Below, in pieces: positions 1 to 9,468 of a DNA stretch of 64,000 bases. This DNA comes from an uncultured bacterium (GTDB taxonomy: Bacteria; Omnitrophota; Gorgyraeia; Duberdicusellales; CBEUCJ01): the NCBI GenBank assembly GCA_965541615.1, contig CBEUCJ010000001.1, positions 259,754-323,753 on the forward strand, written 5' to 3'. How positions within the stretch are numbered: position 1 is the first letter of the stretch; every line of letters begins with the position of its first letter. Made by a program: the position numbers and the translations under genes. A model generated the notes under the pieces. That model saw only the letters and a list, made by a program, of their open reading frames with translations. It did no database searches and was not told where the DNA came from.

Positions 1-1
1 T

Positions 2-1072
2 CAAATTAAGTTTTTACCTCTAATTCAGATTTGTTCTGTTTTGGGTGCTTATTCAGTTTCTTTTTTGATAATCTTTTCCAATCTTTTTTTGTATTTGTGT
101 TTTAAAAAAAATAAAAAATACCATATTCTTATCTTATTCTTTTTAATCGGCTTTATATACATTTATGGATTATTTGTGTTAGATAAATTTAAGGAGAGTG
201 ATAAACATTTAAAGTTAGGTCTAATTCAGCCCAACATTCCTATAGAGATGAAGTTAGACGATTCTAAAAAAGTTTTAGTTTATGAAAGAATAAAAACTCA
301 GCTACTAAAATTAAAAGATAAAGATTTAGATTTAATAATTTTACCTGAGACAGCTATTCCTGGAATTATAAATGAAGATGAGATTTTTTTAAATGATTTG
401 AAAAAAATCTGTAAAACTGAGAGATTAAATGTACTTACAGGTATTTTTTTAAAAGAAGCGCGCTCTTATTACAATGCAGCTGTTCTTATAGATAAAAAAG
501 GGAGTTTAGCTCAAATCTATAAAAAAATAAAGTTAGTCCCTTTTGGGGAATACACACCTTTAAAAAGATTCTTTCCCTTTTTGAAAAAAATAACTCCTTT
601 TGTAGATTTGGTCCCTGGCAAAGATTATTCAGTATTTGATCTTAAAGATTTTAGATTCATTTGTCTTATCTGTTTTGAAGATACATTTCCAAGGTTTGTT
701 AAAGAATTTGTAAAAAAGAACAGAAATATAGATTTCTTAGTAGAGATTACAAATGATGCTTGGTTCAAAAGCAAAGTTCAACTCTATCAGCATTTGAGTT
801 CTTCGGTATTTAGAAGTATAGAAAATAGATTGCCTGCTTTAAGGAGTGCAAATACAGGCATAAGTTGTTTGATTCTACCTACAGGAAAAGTTTTAAAAAA
901 ATTAAGAGAGTTTACACAAGGAGAATTAATCGTAAATTTTCCTTTGATCAAAAAAAATTCTCAAATTAATGGTTCTTTTCTTTTTATTTTCTTTACATTT
1001 GGTTCATTTTTAATAATACTGATTCAAAAAACAGAAAAGGAGGTGAAGAGGTATGGAGATTTTAACCATTAA
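2..1072 (+). CDS. lnt: Apolipoprotein N-acyltransferase (5'-truncated by window edge)
   Basis: Nitrilase-fold motifs LPETA, KLVPFGEY, LICFED, ITNDAWF, RSANTGIS; frame is open from position 2. Confidence 0.93.
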   Translation, partial: QIKFLPLIQICSVLGAYSVSFLIIFSNLFLYLCFKKNKKYHILILFFLIGFIYIYGLFVLDKFKESDKHLKLGLIQPNIPIEMKLDDSKKVLVYERIKTQLLKLKDKDLDLIILPETAIPGIINEDEIFLNDLKKICKTERLNVLTGIFLKEARSYYNAAVLIDKKGSLAQIYKKIKLVPFGEYTPLKRFFPFLKKITPFVDLVPGKDYSVFDLKDFRFICLICFEDTFPRFVKEFVKKNRNIDFLVEITNDAWFKSKVQLYQHLSSSVFRSIENRLPALRSANTGISCLILPTGKVLKKLREFTQGELIVNFPLIKKNSQINGSFLFIFFTFGSFLIILIQKTEKEVKRYGDFNH

Positions 1073-1535
1073 AGTAAAAAAGCCAGAAGATGTAAACATA
1101 ATCATAGGTCAAGCTCATTTTATAAAAACAGTTGAAGATTTATATGAAATTTTAATTACAAGTTCTCCTTCTTTAAAGTTTGGAATAGCCTTTTGTGAAG
1201 CATCAGGTCCTTGTCTTATAAGGTATGAAGGAAATGATGAGGAATTAATAAAAATAGCTATAGAAAATGCAAAGGAGATTGGAGCAGGTCACTTATTCTT
1301 TATAGCTTTAAGAAATGGTTTTCCTATAAATATTTTAAACCAAATAAAGATGTGCCAAGAGGTCTGTAGAATACTCTGTGCAAGTGCTAATCCTGTAGAA
1401 GTAATCGTAGCTCAATTAGAGAATAGAAGGGGCATTTTAGGAGTAATAGATGGGTTTTCTCCTAAAGGAGTAGAATCTGATTCAGATATTCAAAAGAGAA
1501 AAGAGTTTTTGAGAAAGATAGGCTATAAAAGATAA
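1053..1535 (+). CDS. Adenosine-specific kinase family protein (DUF355-like)
   Basis: NIIIGQAHFIKTVEDLYE, FGIAFCEASGPCL, GVIDGFSPKG motifs; RBS AGGAGGTG. Confidence 0.85.
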   Translation: MEILTIKVKKPEDVNIIIGQAHFIKTVEDLYEILITSSPSLKFGIAFCEASGPCLIRYEGNDEELIKIAIENAKEIGAGHLFFIALRNGFPINILNQIKMCQEVCRILCASANPVEVIVAQLENRRGILGVIDGFSPKGVESDSDIQKRKEFLRKIGYKR

Positions 1536-1539
1536 AAAC

Positions 1540-1568
1540 TTGCTAAGAAAGGTTTGAGTTGTTATAAT
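1540..1568 (+). promoter_or_regulatory. Sigma70-type promoter of the acyltransferase/lipid cluster
   Basis: TTGCTA-N17-TATAAT with extended -10 TG. Confidence 0.65.
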
Positions 1569-1605
1569 TTAAAAAATTCTTAAGAAGTTTATATGAAAAT
1601 ATTTC

Positions 1606-2532
1606 ATGGCAAAAGGAGGTGTTTTAAAAAAGAGTAGGTATTTTATAGGATGGATACTTTTTAAGACAAGCTCTTTGATAATAGGATATTTACCTTTAAA
1701 ACTTATCCATAAGATTTCAAATTTATTAGGGATATTAGGTTTCTATTTAGCAAAAAAATTTAGAAAAGTAAGTTTGGAATCTTTAAATATAGCTTTTGGA
1801 GATAAACTTTCAGATAGAGAAAAAAAGAAGTTAATAAAAGCTACTCTTAAAAATTTTGCAAGATTAATTTTAGAGAATTTTGCTTTTTTTAAGAGGCCTC
1901 ATCTTATAAAAAAGTATGTTAAAGTAAAAGGTCTTGAGAATTTGAGAGAAGCTTTAGGTCAAAGAAAAGGGGTTATAGGTTTAACTGCTCATTTTGGAAA
2001 TTTCCCTTTGCTATGTGTAAGATTAAGTTCTTTGGGATTCAAGATAAATGTATTAGCCAGACCCATGAGAGATTCAAGGATGGATAGAGAAGTAACAAAT
2101 ATGAGAGAAAGATTTAGAGTGAGGACGATTTACAGTTATCCTAAAGATACAGCTGTAAAAAATTCTTTGCAAGCTTTAAGGAGAAATGAACTTCTTATAA
2201 TTCAAATGGATCAAAATTTTGGAACAGGAGGAGTAGAAGTAGAATTCTTTGGCAAAAAAGCTGCCACTCCTAGAGGTCCTATAGTATTTGCTTTGAGAGC
2301 TAATTCACCTGTTGTGCCTATGTTTATAATAAGAGATAAGAAGAATCCTTTATTTCAAGAAATAGTAATAGAAAGACCTTATTATTTAAAAAAAGATAAA
2401 GATTTGCAGACTGCTATTTTTGAATATGTACAAAAATTTACGAATTTAACAGAAGATTACATTAAAAGATATCCAGACCACTGGAGTTGGATGCATAAGA
2501 GATGGAAGTCTAAAGCTACTAAAAGGAGGTGA
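1606..2532 (+). CDS. LpxL/HtrB-family lipid acyltransferase
   Basis: N-terminal TM, TAHFGN, DQN, FFGKKAAT, PDHWSWMHKRWK. Confidence 0.85.
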   Translation: MAKGGVLKKSRYFIGWILFKTSSLIIGYLPLKLIHKISNLLGILGFYLAKKFRKVSLESLNIAFGDKLSDREKKKLIKATLKNFARLILENFAFFKRPHLIKKYVKVKGLENLREALGQRKGVIGLTAHFGNFPLLCVRLSSLGFKINVLARPMRDSRMDREVTNMRERFRVRTIYSYPKDTAVKNSLQALRRNELLIIQMDQNFGTGGVEVEFFGKKAATPRGPIVFALRANSPVVPMFIIRDKKNPLFQEIVIERPYYLKKDKDLQTAIFEYVQKFTNLTEDYIKRYPDHWSWMHKRWKSKATKRR

Positions 2533-2535
2533 AAG

Positions 2536-2799
2536 ATGACAGAAGAAAGAAAAGAGGAGCAAATTCAAGAAAAGCAAGAGGAAACCAAAAAAGAACCAGA
2601 AGAATTAAAAGAAGAAAAAGAGGAAAAGAAAGAGGTCTTTAAAACAGCTTTAAAGATAGTCTTAGGTCTTATCTTGATAGGTGTTGGTATCTGGGCTATT
2701 ATTGGTTGGTGGCATGATCTTTTAACTGTTTTTAAAGGTTGCATAGGATTGTTCCTTATCTTGGCAGGAGCTATCACTATCGCTATAGCTAGAGAATAA
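2536..2799 (+). CDS. Small membrane protein (charged N-terminus, two TM helices)
   Basis: Strong RBS AGGAGGTGA; hydrophobic C-terminal hairpin. Confidence 0.7.
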   Translation: MTEERKEEQIQEKQEETKKEPEELKEEKEEKKEVFKTALKIVLGLILIGVGIWAIIGWWHDLLTVFKGCIGLFLILAGAITIAIARE

Positions 2800-2811
2800 A
2801 ATTAATTTTTT

Positions 2812-3702
2812 ATGAAGATTGGTTTAGCTTTAGGAGGGGGAGGAGCTAAATCCCTCTCCTTTATTTCTATTTTAGAGTTCTTTGAAAAATATAATATAAA
2901 TGTAGACATAATGAGTGGAGTCTCCATGGGAGCAGTAATAGGAGCTCTCTATGGGTTTTTTAAAAATGCTCATGTTTGCAAACTCAAGTTAAAACAGTAT
3001 TTAGATAAGAAAGAGATAAAAGAATTAAAATTTTTAAGTTCTAATCCTATTAAAGAAAGATTTCAAATTTTGGAGAGATCATTTGAGTTTGTAAAAAAGT
3101 TTTATCTATGGAATATAAAACTAATAAAAAAATCTGTCTTAGATCCCAAACCTTTTATAAAGATATTTAAAGAAGTATTCGATGGATTAGAATTCTGTGA
3201 TCTAAAGATACCTTTGAAGGTTATATGTGCAGATTTGAAAACAGGCCTTCCTGTAGTAATAGATCAAGGAAAATTAGTCTCTGCATTGTTAGCTAGTTGC
3301 AGTCTGCCTGGCATTTTCCCTCCATACAATAATTTAATAGATGGAGGAGTAATCACTACCTGTCCTACAGAATTTATAAGAAAAGATTGTGATTTTTTGA
3401 TAGCTTTGAACTGTAAAATAGATTTAGAAGAAACAGAGTTTAAAGATGGTTTGAGTATTTTGTTCAGGGCAGATTTAATAAGGCAAAAGAGGATATTAGA
3501 TAACTCTTTGGAAAAAGCAGATTTTGTTTTTGAACCTGAGGTTTCAAAATTTAATTGGGTAGATTTTGAAAAAATAGAAGAAATTTTAGAGGCAGGTAAA
3601 GTAGAAGCAGAAAAAAATATGGAGAATTTAATAAATGCTATGAAAAAGAAAAAAAGAAAAAGGTTTTTATGGAGGTGGTTAAATTATGGTAGAAAAGATT
3701 AA
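2812..3702 (+). CDS. Patatin-like phospholipase
   Basis: LGGGGAK oxyanion motif, GVSMG (GxSxG), DGG. Confidence 0.9.
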   Translation: MKIGLALGGGGAKSLSFISILEFFEKYNINVDIMSGVSMGAVIGALYGFFKNAHVCKLKLKQYLDKKEIKELKFLSSNPIKERFQILERSFEFVKKFYLWNIKLIKKSVLDPKPFIKIFKEVFDGLEFCDLKIPLKVICADLKTGLPVVIDQGKLVSALLASCSLPGIFPPYNNLIDGGVITTCPTEFIRKDCDFLIALNCKIDLEETEFKDGLSILFRADLIRQKRILDNSLEKADFVFEPEVSKFNWVDFEKIEEILEAGKVEAEKNMENLINAMKKKKRKRFLWRWLNYGRKD

Positions 3703-5059
3703 GTCTCTTATCTCTGAATACGCTATAAGAAAAATATTTTACTTACTTCCTAAATTTTCTAAAAATACTCTTATAAAAATGACTTATTTAGCAGAAAAGG
3801 TACTAACCAAACATGATCCCTTAGTTTTGGCAGCTATTAGGGAGGTGAGGAGGTATTTCAAAGAAGATCATCCAAGTTTGAAATTGGCTGAAAGAATCCA
3901 TAAGGAATTAGATAAAAATGTTTTAAATAAGTTAGTTCAAAACCTTTTTATAAATGCAATGTTTAAAGGAGTAGATAAATGTAAGATATTTTCTCAAAGA
4001 TATGGTTTTGAACCCCCTTGGTTTATGGTCATATCTCCTACTATGAAATGTAACTTAAATTGTAAAGGGTGTTCTACAAGATTATATTCTAAAGATGAAG
4101 ATCTACCTTATGAACTTTTAGATAGAATCTTAACAGAAGCTAAGGAAGAGATGGGTATGCATTTTATAGTCACTCAAGGAGGAGAGATGTTCTGTTACAA
4201 AGACATCTGGAGACTATGGGAAAAACATCAAGATGTTTATTTTCAAGTCTATACAAATGGAACCTTAATAGATAGAAGCACTGCAAAGAGACTAAGAGAA
4301 TTAGGAAACATAGCTCCCATGATAAGTATAGAGGGATTTGAACCGGAAACTGATTCAAGGAGAGGAAAAGGAGTTTATAAAAAAATTATGCAAGCTATGG
4401 ATAATTTAAAAAAAGAAGGAGTCTTTTTTGGAGCTTCTGTTACTCATACAAGAGAAAATCATAACTTAGTTACTTCTTTTGAATTCATAGATATGCTTTT
4501 AAAAAAAGGATGTTTTGTAGTCTGGTATTTTCAGTTTATGCCTGTAGGTAAAGACCCTAATTTTGAATTAACTCCTACTCCTTTCCAAAGATTAGAGTTA
4601 AAAAGATTTATAGATAAAGTAAGAGCTAGTCGTCCCATATTTATAGGAGATTTCTGGAATGATGGTCCTTATGTAGGAGGATGTATAGCTGCTGGAAGGA
4701 GGTATTTACATATAAACCATAAAGGAGATATTGAACCTTGTGCATTTGTACATTTTGCAACTGATAACATAAAAGAAAAAACATTAATAGAAGCTTTACA
4801 ATCACCATTTTTTAAGTTTATAAGAGAAAGGATTCCTTACTCTGAGAATCTCTTTGCTCCTTGTATGATAATAGATAATCCTCATATTTTAAGGAGTGCT
4901 GTAAAATTAACAGGAGCTAAACCCACTCATCAAGGAGCTGAGAAACTCTTAGAAGGCAAGTTAAGAGAAAAGATAGATGAGTATTGCAGAATCTGGCACA
5001 AGATCTCTAAACCTGAATGGGAAGCTTGGAAAAGAGAAAGAGCTTTATGTGTTAAGTAA
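3686..5059 (+). CDS. Radical SAM protein with SPASM/twitch-type C-terminal domain
   Basis: CNLNCKGC, GGE, TNGTL, GCIAAG...GDIEPC. Confidence 0.9.
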   Translation: MVEKIKSLISEYAIRKIFYLLPKFSKNTLIKMTYLAEKVLTKHDPLVLAAIREVRRYFKEDHPSLKLAERIHKELDKNVLNKLVQNLFINAMFKGVDKCKIFSQRYGFEPPWFMVISPTMKCNLNCKGCSTRLYSKDEDLPYELLDRILTEAKEEMGMHFIVTQGGEMFCYKDIWRLWEKHQDVYFQVYTNGTLIDRSTAKRLRELGNIAPMISIEGFEPETDSRRGKGVYKKIMQAMDNLKKEGVFFGASVTHTRENHNLVTSFEFIDMLLKKGCFVVWYFQFMPVGKDPNFELTPTPFQRLELKRFIDKVRASRPIFIGDFWNDGPYVGGCIAAGRRYLHINHKGDIEPCAFVHFATDNIKEKTLIEALQSPFFKFIRERIPYSENLFAPCMIIDNPHILRSAVKLTGAKPTHQGAEKLLEGKLREKIDEYCRIWHKISKPEWEAWKRERALCVK

Positions 5060-5629
5060 ATGAATCTGTTTCTGAGAAAATCATGGAGATTAGCAGGTTT
5101 AGTATTCCCTATAAGTTATCTTTTTTTAAATAAACATCAAGAGTTAATTTTTTTAGGGAGTATTTTATGTATAGAATTGATAGTAGAATTTTCAAGATTT
5201 TTAAATCCTTCCTTAAATAGATTTTTTTTAAATATATTCAAACACATAATAAAAGAGAAAGAAAAAAAATCTATTTCTTCGACAGGAGTTATGCTTTCAG
5301 TAATATTCTTATGTTTTCTTCTTTTCAAAAAAGAGATAGCTATAATAGCTGTGAGTTTTTCTATTGTAGGTGATGCTTTTTCAGCTCTCATAGGTAAAAG
5401 ATGGGGAGTATTTAAAATTAAAAGTAAGAGTTTAGAAGGGAGTTTGGGGTTCTTTCTTTCTTCTCTTATAATAGGATTTATGTTGAATGTTTTTTTAGTT
5501 TTGCCTATATCTTTAATAATTTGGGCAGCTTTGATTGCAACTTTGGTAGAGTTCTTTACACCTACTTTTCTTAATGATAATATAACAGTTCCTTTTTTGA
5601 CAGCTTTATCTTTAAGATTTATGACATGA
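5060..5629 (+). CDS. SEC59/DGK1/VTE5-family CTP-dependent lipid kinase
   Basis: Multi-TM; GDAFSALIGKRWG, KSLEGS, DNITVP motifs. Confidence 0.85.
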   Translation: MNLFLRKSWRLAGLVFPISYLFLNKHQELIFLGSILCIELIVEFSRFLNPSLNRFFLNIFKHIIKEKEKKSISSTGVMLSVIFLCFLLFKKEIAIIAVSFSIVGDAFSALIGKRWGVFKIKSKSLEGSLGFFLSSLIIGFMLNVFLVLPISLIIWAALIATLVEFFTPTFLNDNITVPFLTALSLRFMT

Positions 5630-6933
5630 ATTTTTTAGATAAGTATTTTAAAATTTCTGAAAGAGGTTCAAATTTGAGAAATGAAATCATAGGTGGTATC
5701 GTTACTTTTATAGCTTCAGCTTACATAATAATAGTTAATCCTGCAATTTTAGAAGCTGGTGGCATTCCAAAAGCACCAGCAGTTACTGCTACTATTCTTA
5801 CTGCTTTTATAGGTACTTTTTTAATGGGTATATATGCAAATAGACCTTTTATGATAGCTCCTTACATGGGAGAGAATGCTTTTATAGCTTATACAGTATG
5901 TAAGACTTTAGGTTACAGTTGGCAGACAGCTTTAGGAGCAGTCTTTATAGGAGGCGTTTTATTTACACTCCTTACTTTACTTAGATTAAGGAGTTGGTTA
6001 GCTAATTCTATCCCCAATTCTTTAAAGTATGCTTTTAGTGCAGGTTTAGGTCTGTTTTTATGTTTCATAGGACTCAATGAAGCAGGTTTAATTAATTTAG
6101 GCACAGAATCAGCTCCTGTAAAGTTAGGGAATTTACATTCACCGCAAGTCTTAATAGCTATTTTTTGTCTTCTTATCATTTCTTTTTTTATAGCTAAAAG
6201 AATAAAAGGAGCAATTTTATTAGGAATACTGACTTCATTTTTGTTAGGAGTTCTATTCAGAGTAATAGAATTTCCTTTACAAATTGTGAGTTTGCCTCCT
6301 TCTCTAAAACCACTCTTTTTAAAGTTAGATATTATAGGAGCTTTAAAATGGGGATTCTTTTCTGTAATCTTAACACTCTTTATTATGGATTTTGTAGATA
6401 CGATTGGAACCTTAATAGGAGTAGGAGCTATAGCTGGCATGTTGGATAACAAAGGAAATTTTCCTGATATTGAAAAACCTATGTTATGTGATGCTTTATC
6501 TACTTGTATAGGAGCTGTTTTGGGAGTTACTACATCTGGTACTTTTATAGAATCAGCAGCAGGAGTAAAAGAAGGTGCCAGAACAGGTCTTGCAAGTATA
6601 ATCACTTCAATCTTATTTTTATTAGCATTATTTTTTTCTCCAATTTTAACTGTTATACCTAGTTACTGTTATGGACCAGCTTTAGTTATCGTAGGGATTT
6701 TAATGACCAAAGCGTTCAAAGATATAAATTTTAAAGATCCTACAGAATTTATTCCAGCAATTTTGGTGATAATTTTTATGTGTTTTACTTATAATATAGG
6801 AGTAGGAGTTACAGCAGGTTTTATTATCTATGTGTTGATAAAATTACTTACAAAGAGATTTGAAGATTTGAATTTAGGAATTCTGTTGTTAGCAGGTTTA
6901 TCTCTCTTGTTTTTTATATTTTATCCTTATTAA
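5626..6933 (+). CDS. NCS2/AzgA-family purine permease
   Basis: EIIGGIVTF, APYMGENAF, DTIGTL, IESAAG..EGARTGL. Confidence 0.92.
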   Translation: MNFLDKYFKISERGSNLRNEIIGGIVTFIASAYIIIVNPAILEAGGIPKAPAVTATILTAFIGTFLMGIYANRPFMIAPYMGENAFIAYTVCKTLGYSWQTALGAVFIGGVLFTLLTLLRLRSWLANSIPNSLKYAFSAGLGLFLCFIGLNEAGLINLGTESAPVKLGNLHSPQVLIAIFCLLIISFFIAKRIKGAILLGILTSFLLGVLFRVIEFPLQIVSLPPSLKPLFLKLDIIGALKWGFFSVILTLFIMDFVDTIGTLIGVGAIAGMLDNKGNFPDIEKPMLCDALSTCIGAVLGVTTSGTFIESAAGVKEGARTGLASIITSILFLLALFFSPILTVIPSYCYGPALVIVGILMTKAFKDINFKDPTEFIPAILVIIFMCFTYNIGVGVTAGFIIYVLIKLLTKRFEDLNLGILLLAGLSLLFFIFYPY

Positions 6934-6934
6934 A

Positions 6935-7519
6935 ATGGGATTCTTAAAAAGGACTTTCATTACAGGATTTTTGGTCTTAGTGCCATTGGTAGTTAGTATT
7001 TATGTAGTTATAGCTGTTTTTAATTTTGCTGACAATTTTTTAGGAGCAATATTAAAGAAAATAGGTTTTTATTTCCCAGGGTTAGGAATATTAATAAGTA
7101 TAGTTATCATTTTCTTAGTAGGAATAATAGGTATTGTATTTAAAGGAAGGGTATTTAGGATATTAGAAGAAATCGTTTCTAAAATTCCTTTGATGAGGCA
7201 GATTTATTCTCCTACAAAACAAATAGTAAATTTTTTAATATCAAAAGAAAAACCTACTTTTAAAAAGGTGGTCTTATTAGAGTATCCCCGCAAAGGGATA
7301 TGGTCTGTAGGTTTTGTTACCAATGAGACGAGCAATATAATAAATAAAAATGTAAATAAAAAATTGATAAATGTTTTTCTGCCATCTACACCTTCTCCTC
7401 TTACAGGAGTATTTTTATTGATTCCAGAAGATGAATTAGTTTATTTAGATATAAGTGTAGAAGAAGCTTTAAAGATGATAGTCTCAGGAGGAGTTTTAAA
7501 TCCAGAGGATTTAAGATGA
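6935..7519 (+). CDS. DUF502 membrane protein
   Basis: FITGFLVLVP, EYPRKG, FLPSTPSPLTG, MIVSGG. Confidence 0.88.
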   Translation: MGFLKRTFITGFLVLVPLVVSIYVVIAVFNFADNFLGAILKKIGFYFPGLGILISIVIIFLVGIIGIVFKGRVFRILEEIVSKIPLMRQIYSPTKQIVNFLISKEKPTFKKVVLLEYPRKGIWSVGFVTNETSNIINKNVNKKLINVFLPSTPSPLTGVFLLIPEDELVYLDISVEEALKMIVSGGVLNPEDLR

Positions 7520-8436
7520 GAGTCTTAGTTACAGGAGGAGCAGGTTTCATAGGTTCTAATATTGTAAAAGAATTAGAAGATAAAAATGCTAAAGTGAGCG
7601 TTTTGGACGATTTTTCATCAGCTGACTTTAGAAATTTAGAAGGCTTTAAAGGAGAATTAATCATAGGGGATATCTGTGATGAAGAAGTTTTTAAGAAAAT
7701 CCCAAAAGTAGAAATAGTTATTCATCAAGCAGCTGTAACTGATACTACTTTTCCTGATGATAAAAAGATGCTTTTAGTAAACTATGAAGGATTTAAAAAT
7801 GTGTTAAAGTTTTGTGTTAAAAAGAATATTAAAAAGATAGTGTATGCATCTTCAGCAGGAGTTTATGGAAAAGGTCCTGTTCCAATGAAAGAATCACAAA
7901 AACTTGATCCTTTAAACACATACGCTTATTCAAAATTTTTATGTGATAAGAAAGCTAGTGAACTTATGAAGAAAGAAAGATCTTTAAAGATAATAGGTCT
8001 GAGGTATTTTAATGTATATGGAAAAGGAGAAGCTCATAAAGGTAAATCTGCAAGTATGATTTATCAGCTTTATTTACAGATGAAAGATAATAAAAATCCA
8101 AGGATATTCAAATATGGTGAGCAAAAAAGAGATTTTGTTTATGTAAAAGACGTAGTAAAAGTAACTTTAAAAGCTTTAAATTTAAATAAAAGTATCATTC
8201 TAAATGTAGGCACAGGAAATCCAAGGAGTTTTAACGATATAATAAAGATTTTAAATAAATTTTTAAAAAAAGATTTGGAACCAGAATACTTTGATAATCC
8301 TTATGAGAAAGTATACCAAGATTTTACTCAGGCAGATACGAGTTTATTAAAAAAGACTTTAGGATTTATACCTCATACACAGTTAGAGGAAGGGATAAAA
8401 GAGTATTTGATTCTTTTGGGAGAAGCTTTACAATAA
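7516..8436 (+). CDS. hldD: ADP-L-glycero-D-manno-heptose-6-epimerase
   Basis: TGGAGFIGSN, YAYSK, LRYFNVYG.GEAHKGKSASM, RDFVYVKD. Confidence 0.88.
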   Translation: MRVLVTGGAGFIGSNIVKELEDKNAKVSVLDDFSSADFRNLEGFKGELIIGDICDEEVFKKIPKVEIVIHQAAVTDTTFPDDKKMLLVNYEGFKNVLKFCVKKNIKKIVYASSAGVYGKGPVPMKESQKLDPLNTYAYSKFLCDKKASELMKKERSLKIIGLRYFNVYGKGEAHKGKSASMIYQLYLQMKDNKNPRIFKYGEQKRDFVYVKDVVKVTLKALNLNKSIILNVGTGNPRSFNDIIKILNKFLKKDLEPEYFDNPYEKVYQDFTQADTSLLKKTLGFIPHTQLEEGIKEYLILLGEALQ

Positions 8437-8455
8437 ACTGAGATTATTCTATAAT
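8427..8455 (+). promoter_or_regulatory. Sigma70-type promoter of hisG
   Basis: TTTACA-N17-TATAAT, 9 nt before the ATG. Confidence 0.6.
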
Positions 8456-8464
8456 ACAGAGCTT

Positions 8465-9343
8465 ATGAGAAAAGTAAAGATAGCTTTGCCTAAAGGAAGT
8501 TTACAAGAAAAGACATTTGAATTATTTAAAGAAGCTGGTTTTAGAATCTCTGCTCAAGAGAGGTCTTATAAGCTGTATATAAATGATGAAGAATTAGAAC
8601 CTTATTTACTCCGTCCACAAGAAATACCTGTGTACGTAGAGACAGGAGCTTTAGATTGTGGGATTACAGGTTTAGATTGGATAAAAGAGAATGATTCTGA
8701 TGTTTTAGTATTAGGTGAACTATCTTATGCAAAGAAAAGTTATAATAAAGTAAGATGGGTAATAGCAGTTAGAAAAGATTCAAATATAAAAAATCTCAGA
8801 GATTTAGAAGGAAAGATGATCTCCACAGAATTAGTAAATGTTACTAAAAAGTTTTTGAAAAAAAACAAGATAAAAGCAAAGGTAGAATTCAGTTGGGGAG
8901 CTACAGAAGCAAAAGTTGCTGCAGGATTTGTAGATGCTATCGTAGAGTTGACTGAAACTGGAGAATCCTTAAAAGCTAACAATCTAAAAGTAATAGCTGA
9001 AGTTATGGAGTCAGTTACTTGTTTTATAGTTAACAAAAAAGTTTATAAACAAGATATTAAAAAGAAAAAGAAGATAGATTCAGTATACTTACTTTTAAAA
9101 AGTGCCTTAGATGCATTTAATATGGTGCTTATAAAAATGAATGTTGCTAAAAAAAACTTGGAAAAAGTTTTAAAGATTTTACCTGCTTTAAGAAAGCCTA
9201 CAGTTTCTAATCTTTCTGAGAAAGATTGGTTAGCTATAGAGACAGTAGTGAAAAGAGATAAAGTAAAAGATTTGATTCCTTTACTAAAAGAAGCAGGAGC
9301 TCAAGGGATCATAGAGTTTTCTTTAAACAAGTTAGTATATTAA
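8465..9343 (+). CDS. hisG: ATP phosphoribosyltransferase (long form)
   Basis: IALPKGSL, RPQEIP, GATE, TETGESL, C-terminal regulatory domain. Confidence 0.95.
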   Translation: MRKVKIALPKGSLQEKTFELFKEAGFRISAQERSYKLYINDEELEPYLLRPQEIPVYVETGALDCGITGLDWIKENDSDVLVLGELSYAKKSYNKVRWVIAVRKDSNIKNLRDLEGKMISTELVNVTKKFLKKNKIKAKVEFSWGATEAKVAAGFVDAIVELTETGESLKANNLKVIAEVMESVTCFIVNKKVYKQDIKKKKKIDSVYLLLKSALDAFNMVLIKMNVAKKNLEKVLKILPALRKPTVSNLSEKDWLAIETVVKRDKVKDLIPLLKEAGAQGIIEFSLNKLVY

Positions 9344-9367
9344 AATAAAAAAAATCTGAGGTGAAGT

Positions 9368-9457
9368 ATGCCCTGTGGAAGAAAAAGAAAGTTAAAAAAA
9401 GTAAAAAGACATAAATATAAAAAGAGAAGGAAAGCTCAGAGACACAAGAGAAAGTAA
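9368..9457 (+). CDS. AURKAIP1/COX24-family (bS22/mS38-like) small basic ribosomal protein, 29 aa, MPCGRKRKLKKVKRHKYKKRRKAQRHKRK
   Basis: Translated manually; RBS GAGGTGA; family pattern MP.G.KRK..K...HK.KKR....RHK.K; absent from ORF track. Confidence 0.8.
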   Translation: MPCGRKRKLKKVKRHKYKKRRKAQRHKRK

Positions 9458-9468
9458 TCTTAAATTTA

